DNA of 64,000 bases, taken from contig JAQUJC010000006.1 of the NCBI GenBank assembly GCA_028681135.1, positions 3,189 through 67,188 on the forward strand. Direction: 5' to 3'. Shown here one piece after another: positions 61,606-64,000 of this stretch. The position numbers and the translations under genes were made by a program. The stretch comes from Kiritimatiellia bacterium. GTDB taxonomy: Bacteria > Verrucomicrobiota > Kiritimatiellia > CAIQIC01 > Lenti-01. Each line of letters begins with the position of its first letter. Position 1 is the stretch's first letter. Below the pieces are notes generated by a model, which made no database searches, was not told the origin of the DNA, and was given only the letters and a program-made list of their open reading frames with translations.

Positions 61606-63666
61606 ATGGGCAGACGATTTGTGATGGCATTGGCCGGGAACCCGAATTCGGGCAAAACAACAATTTTTAACCAGTTGACAGGCGCGCGCCAGCAGGTGGG
61701 GAATTATCCGGGCGTGACGTTGGAAAAGAAGGAAGGGATCTCTTCCCGGGGTGGCGATGAAATTCAAGTGGTGGACTTGCCCGGTACCTACAGCCTGACG
61801 GCGTACTCGCAGGAAGAACGGGTGGCGCGTCAGTTCATCATCGAAGAAAAGCCGGATGTAGTGGTGGATGTGGTGGACACCTCTAATCTCGAACGCAATC
61901 TCTATTTGGCCGTGCAGTTGATGGAACTGGGAGTGCCTGTGGTGCTGGCCTTCAATATGAGTGATATGGCCGAGTCGCGGGGGCTGGAGTTTGATGTCGA
62001 TGCGATGTCACGGCTGATGGGGGTGCCAATTGTCCCGACGGAGGGGCACCGGGGCAAAGGAATTGACGAGATGGTGGCGGCAGCACGTAAGGCGGCCGCG
62101 ACCGCTTGCCGCCCGGCGGAAATTCGCTACGGGGCCGATCTCGAGCAGTCCATCAAACGTATCGTGGCGCAACTGAATGGGCAGATGCCTCAGATGCCAA
62201 CTCCACAGCAGCGATGGACAGCAATCAAACTGCTGGAGAACGATGCGGAGGTGCTGGCGACCGTAAAGACCGCGACGGTACAGGCGCTGGTGCGCAAAGA
62301 ACAGACGCGCCTCGAAGCGGTGCTGGGGGATTCGCCGGAGATGTTGGTGGCCGATGGGCGCTATGGATTTATCTCGGGGGTGTGCCAGGAAACGGTGCGG
62401 TCTACCGTGGAGGCGCGCCACACGGCATCCGACCGGATCGATGAAATCGTCATCCACCGCTTCTGGGGATTACCAATCTTCCTGGGACTGATGTATGGCG
62501 TTTTTTGGCTGACCTTCACTGTGGGAATGCCGCCCATGGAGTGGATCGAAGGGGCATTCGGCTGGCTGAGCGAAACAGTGTCGAGGCTGTGGCCGGCAGG
62601 ATCGGAGAGTCTGCTGTTGTCGCTGCTGGTGGATGGCGTGATTGCCGGCGTGGGAGGGGTGCTGGTCTTTTTACCCAATATCTTGCTGCTGTTTTTGGCG
62701 ATCGCCATCCTGGAGGACTCGGGCTATCTGGCGCGGGCCGCTTTCATTATGGATCGGCTGATGCACAAAATCGGACTGCATGGTAAGAGCTTCATCCCGA
62801 TGCTGACCGGGTTGGGCTGTTCCATTCCGGCGATCATGGCGACCCGGACGCTGGAGAGTCGCCGCGACCGCCTGACAACCATGCTCGTGGTGCCCCTGGT
62901 GAGTTGCGGGGCGCGCTTGCCCATCTATGCGCTGATCATTCCAGCCTTTTTCCCGCAGGCATGGCGGGCACCCATGCTGTGGATCATCTATGTGATCGGT
63001 ATCGCGTTGGCGATTCTGTGTGCCAAATTGCTCCGGGTGACGCTGTTTCGGGGCGAAACTGTGCCATTCGTGATGGAATTGCCGCCGTATCGGCTGCCGA
63101 CACTGAAGGGGATTTGGATCCATATGTGGGACCGGGGTGGGGCGTACCTGAAGAAGGCGGGTACCGTGATCTTGGCCATTTCGATCGTGCTGTGGGCGCT
63201 GACGACTTTCCCGCAACTCAAGGACGTGGAGGAGAGCCTCTCCGCAGAGGCGCAGCAGGCGGAGGTGCTGGCGCATACAACGGCAGGGCGGATTGGCCAT
63301 GCGCTCGAGCCGGTGATCCGTCCGTTGGGCTTCGACTGGCGCATTGGTACCGCGATGATCGGCGCGTTTGCAGCCAAAGAGGTCTTCGTGGCGCAGTTGG
63401 GCATCGTCTATTCCGTGGGCGAGGCGGATGAAGAATCCGAGCCGCTGCGGGAGAAGCTGCGGAACAATTATACCCCGCTCGTGGGCTTGTGCATCATGCT
63501 GTTTATGCTGATATCGGCACCGTGCATGGCGACGATTGCGGTGACGCGGCGAGAAAGCAACTCGTGGGGCTGGGCCCTGTTCCAACTCGCGGGGCTCACC
63601 CTGCTGGCCTATGTCGTGACCTTGGTCGTGTATCAGGCCGGGAGCTGGCTGGGCTGGGGAATCTAA
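61606..63666 (+). CDS. feoB: ferrous iron transport protein B
   Basis: The N-terminal G domain reads ALAGNPNSGKTTIFNQLTG and has a DLPGTYSL motif. The large polytopic permease domain is present. Its 686 aa length is typical. Confidence 0.95.
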   Translation: MGRRFVMALAGNPNSGKTTIFNQLTGARQQVGNYPGVTLEKKEGISSRGGDEIQVVDLPGTYSLTAYSQEERVARQFIIEEKPDVVVDVVDTSNLERNLYLAVQLMELGVPVVLAFNMSDMAESRGLEFDVDAMSRLMGVPIVPTEGHRGKGIDEMVAAARKAAATACRPAEIRYGADLEQSIKRIVAQLNGQMPQMPTPQQRWTAIKLLENDAEVLATVKTATVQALVRKEQTRLEAVLGDSPEMLVADGRYGFISGVCQETVRSTVEARHTASDRIDEIVIHRFWGLPIFLGLMYGVFWLTFTVGMPPMEWIEGAFGWLSETVSRLWPAGSESLLLSLLVDGVIAGVGGVLVFLPNILLLFLAIAILEDSGYLARAAFIMDRLMHKIGLHGKSFIPMLTGLGCSIPAIMATRTLESRRDRLTTMLVVPLVSCGARLPIYALIIPAFFPQAWRAPMLWIIYVIGIALAILCAKLLRVTLFRGETVPFVMELPPYRLPTLKGIWIHMWDRGGAYLKKAGTVILAISIVLWALTTFPQLKDVEESLSAEAQQAEVLAHTTAGRIGHALEPVIRPLGFDWRIGTAMIGAFAAKEVFVAQLGIVYSVGEADEESEPLREKLRNNYTPLVGLCIMLFMLISAPCMATIAVTRRESNSWGWALFQLAGLTLLAYVVTLVVYQAGSWLGWGI

Positions 63667-64000
63667 CGCGATGAAATCCATCACAAACAGGACCACGTCC
63701 AACAAGAACAACTCGATGGGCAGGGGGGGGGGGGGGCAGGAGGGTGGTGGCGGCCTTAGCGGCCGCCGAAGAGACGACGGACTGAGAGGGCATCGGGCTG
63801 GCCTCGGGCGTGAGCCTGGGCGTGCGGGCCGAGGTCGCGGCCTCACTCGAAAAGCAGGGCGGCGGCGAAGCGCAACGAAGGGTCGAAAGAGTTCAAGTCC
63901 GATTAGGTGTGTTCTTTCGTCCGCAGGTGGACTAGGATAACTGGGTTCAATGGTGGAAACTTCTAAATGAAATCTAACCGGGATCATTCAGGCGAAGTTT

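Noticed and set aside
63671-63940. An 89-aa ORF (MKSITNRTTSNKNNSMGRGGGGQEGGGG...).
   Set aside because: It is a low-complexity Gly/Arg-rich translation spanning the G15 tract and is probably non-coding.
63880-63960. A tRNA-like GTTCAAGTCC T-loop-like string downstream of feoB.
   Set aside because: No complementary T-stem, acceptor stem or anticodon-arm pairing could be built around it by eye. It needs tRNAscan or Infernal before any call.

Overview
This is a high-GC (~65%) bacterial chromosomal window with conserved housekeeping genes (recA, typA/bipA, nrdR, an RpoD-family sigma factor, fmt, sodB-like SOD) interleaved with accessory clusters. I found no rRNA, tRNA, CRISPR array, transposase or integrase.

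Main contents, in order along the window:
- 1169-2143: three tandem truncated duplicates of the promoter-proximal 5' end of the giant gene that follows. Each copy carries a homopolymeric C tract and a 12-codon leader uORF whose stop overlaps the next start codon (ATGA), and ends in a ~100-bp inverted-repeat element.
- 2144-16990: a 4948-aa secreted multidomain surface protein with beta-helix, FN3, roughly ten FN3-like modules of about 100 aa, and ConA/LamG-like lectin-like regions. It contains an in-frame G9 tract.
- 22294-27256: a nitrosative-stress locus (hcp, a 4Fe-4S ferredoxin, a RIC-like DUF1858-hemerythrin protein) bracketed by two Rrf2-family regulators with AT-rich palindromic operators.
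- 32031-39080: a seven-gene same-strand cluster, cooS-cooF-NAD(P)H oxidoreductase (NorW/NROR-like)-flavodiiron protein-FNR-like-DHOD-like-rubredoxin. It looks like a CO-fuelled O2/NO detoxification module.
- 40904-47304: a sulfur module. It combines MetY with a JAMM protease, an E1-like MoeZ and a ThiS-like carrier ending GGGGQ (the protein-thiocarboxylate route to homocysteine), followed by TusA, DsrE and a divergent four-domain CoADR-rhodanese-TusA-DsrE fusion.
- 49036-49155: five phased copies of a 15-bp palindrome TTCCAC-N3-GTGGAA between nrdR and a hypothetical gene, with a sixth copy upstream of metY.
- 54303-63666: three SPFH/band-7 genes, a P1B-type ATPase, and a DtxR-FeoA fusion regulator with feoA-feoB.

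G/C homopolymer tracts of 8-15 nt are unusually frequent throughout, mostly in promoter-proximal positions.
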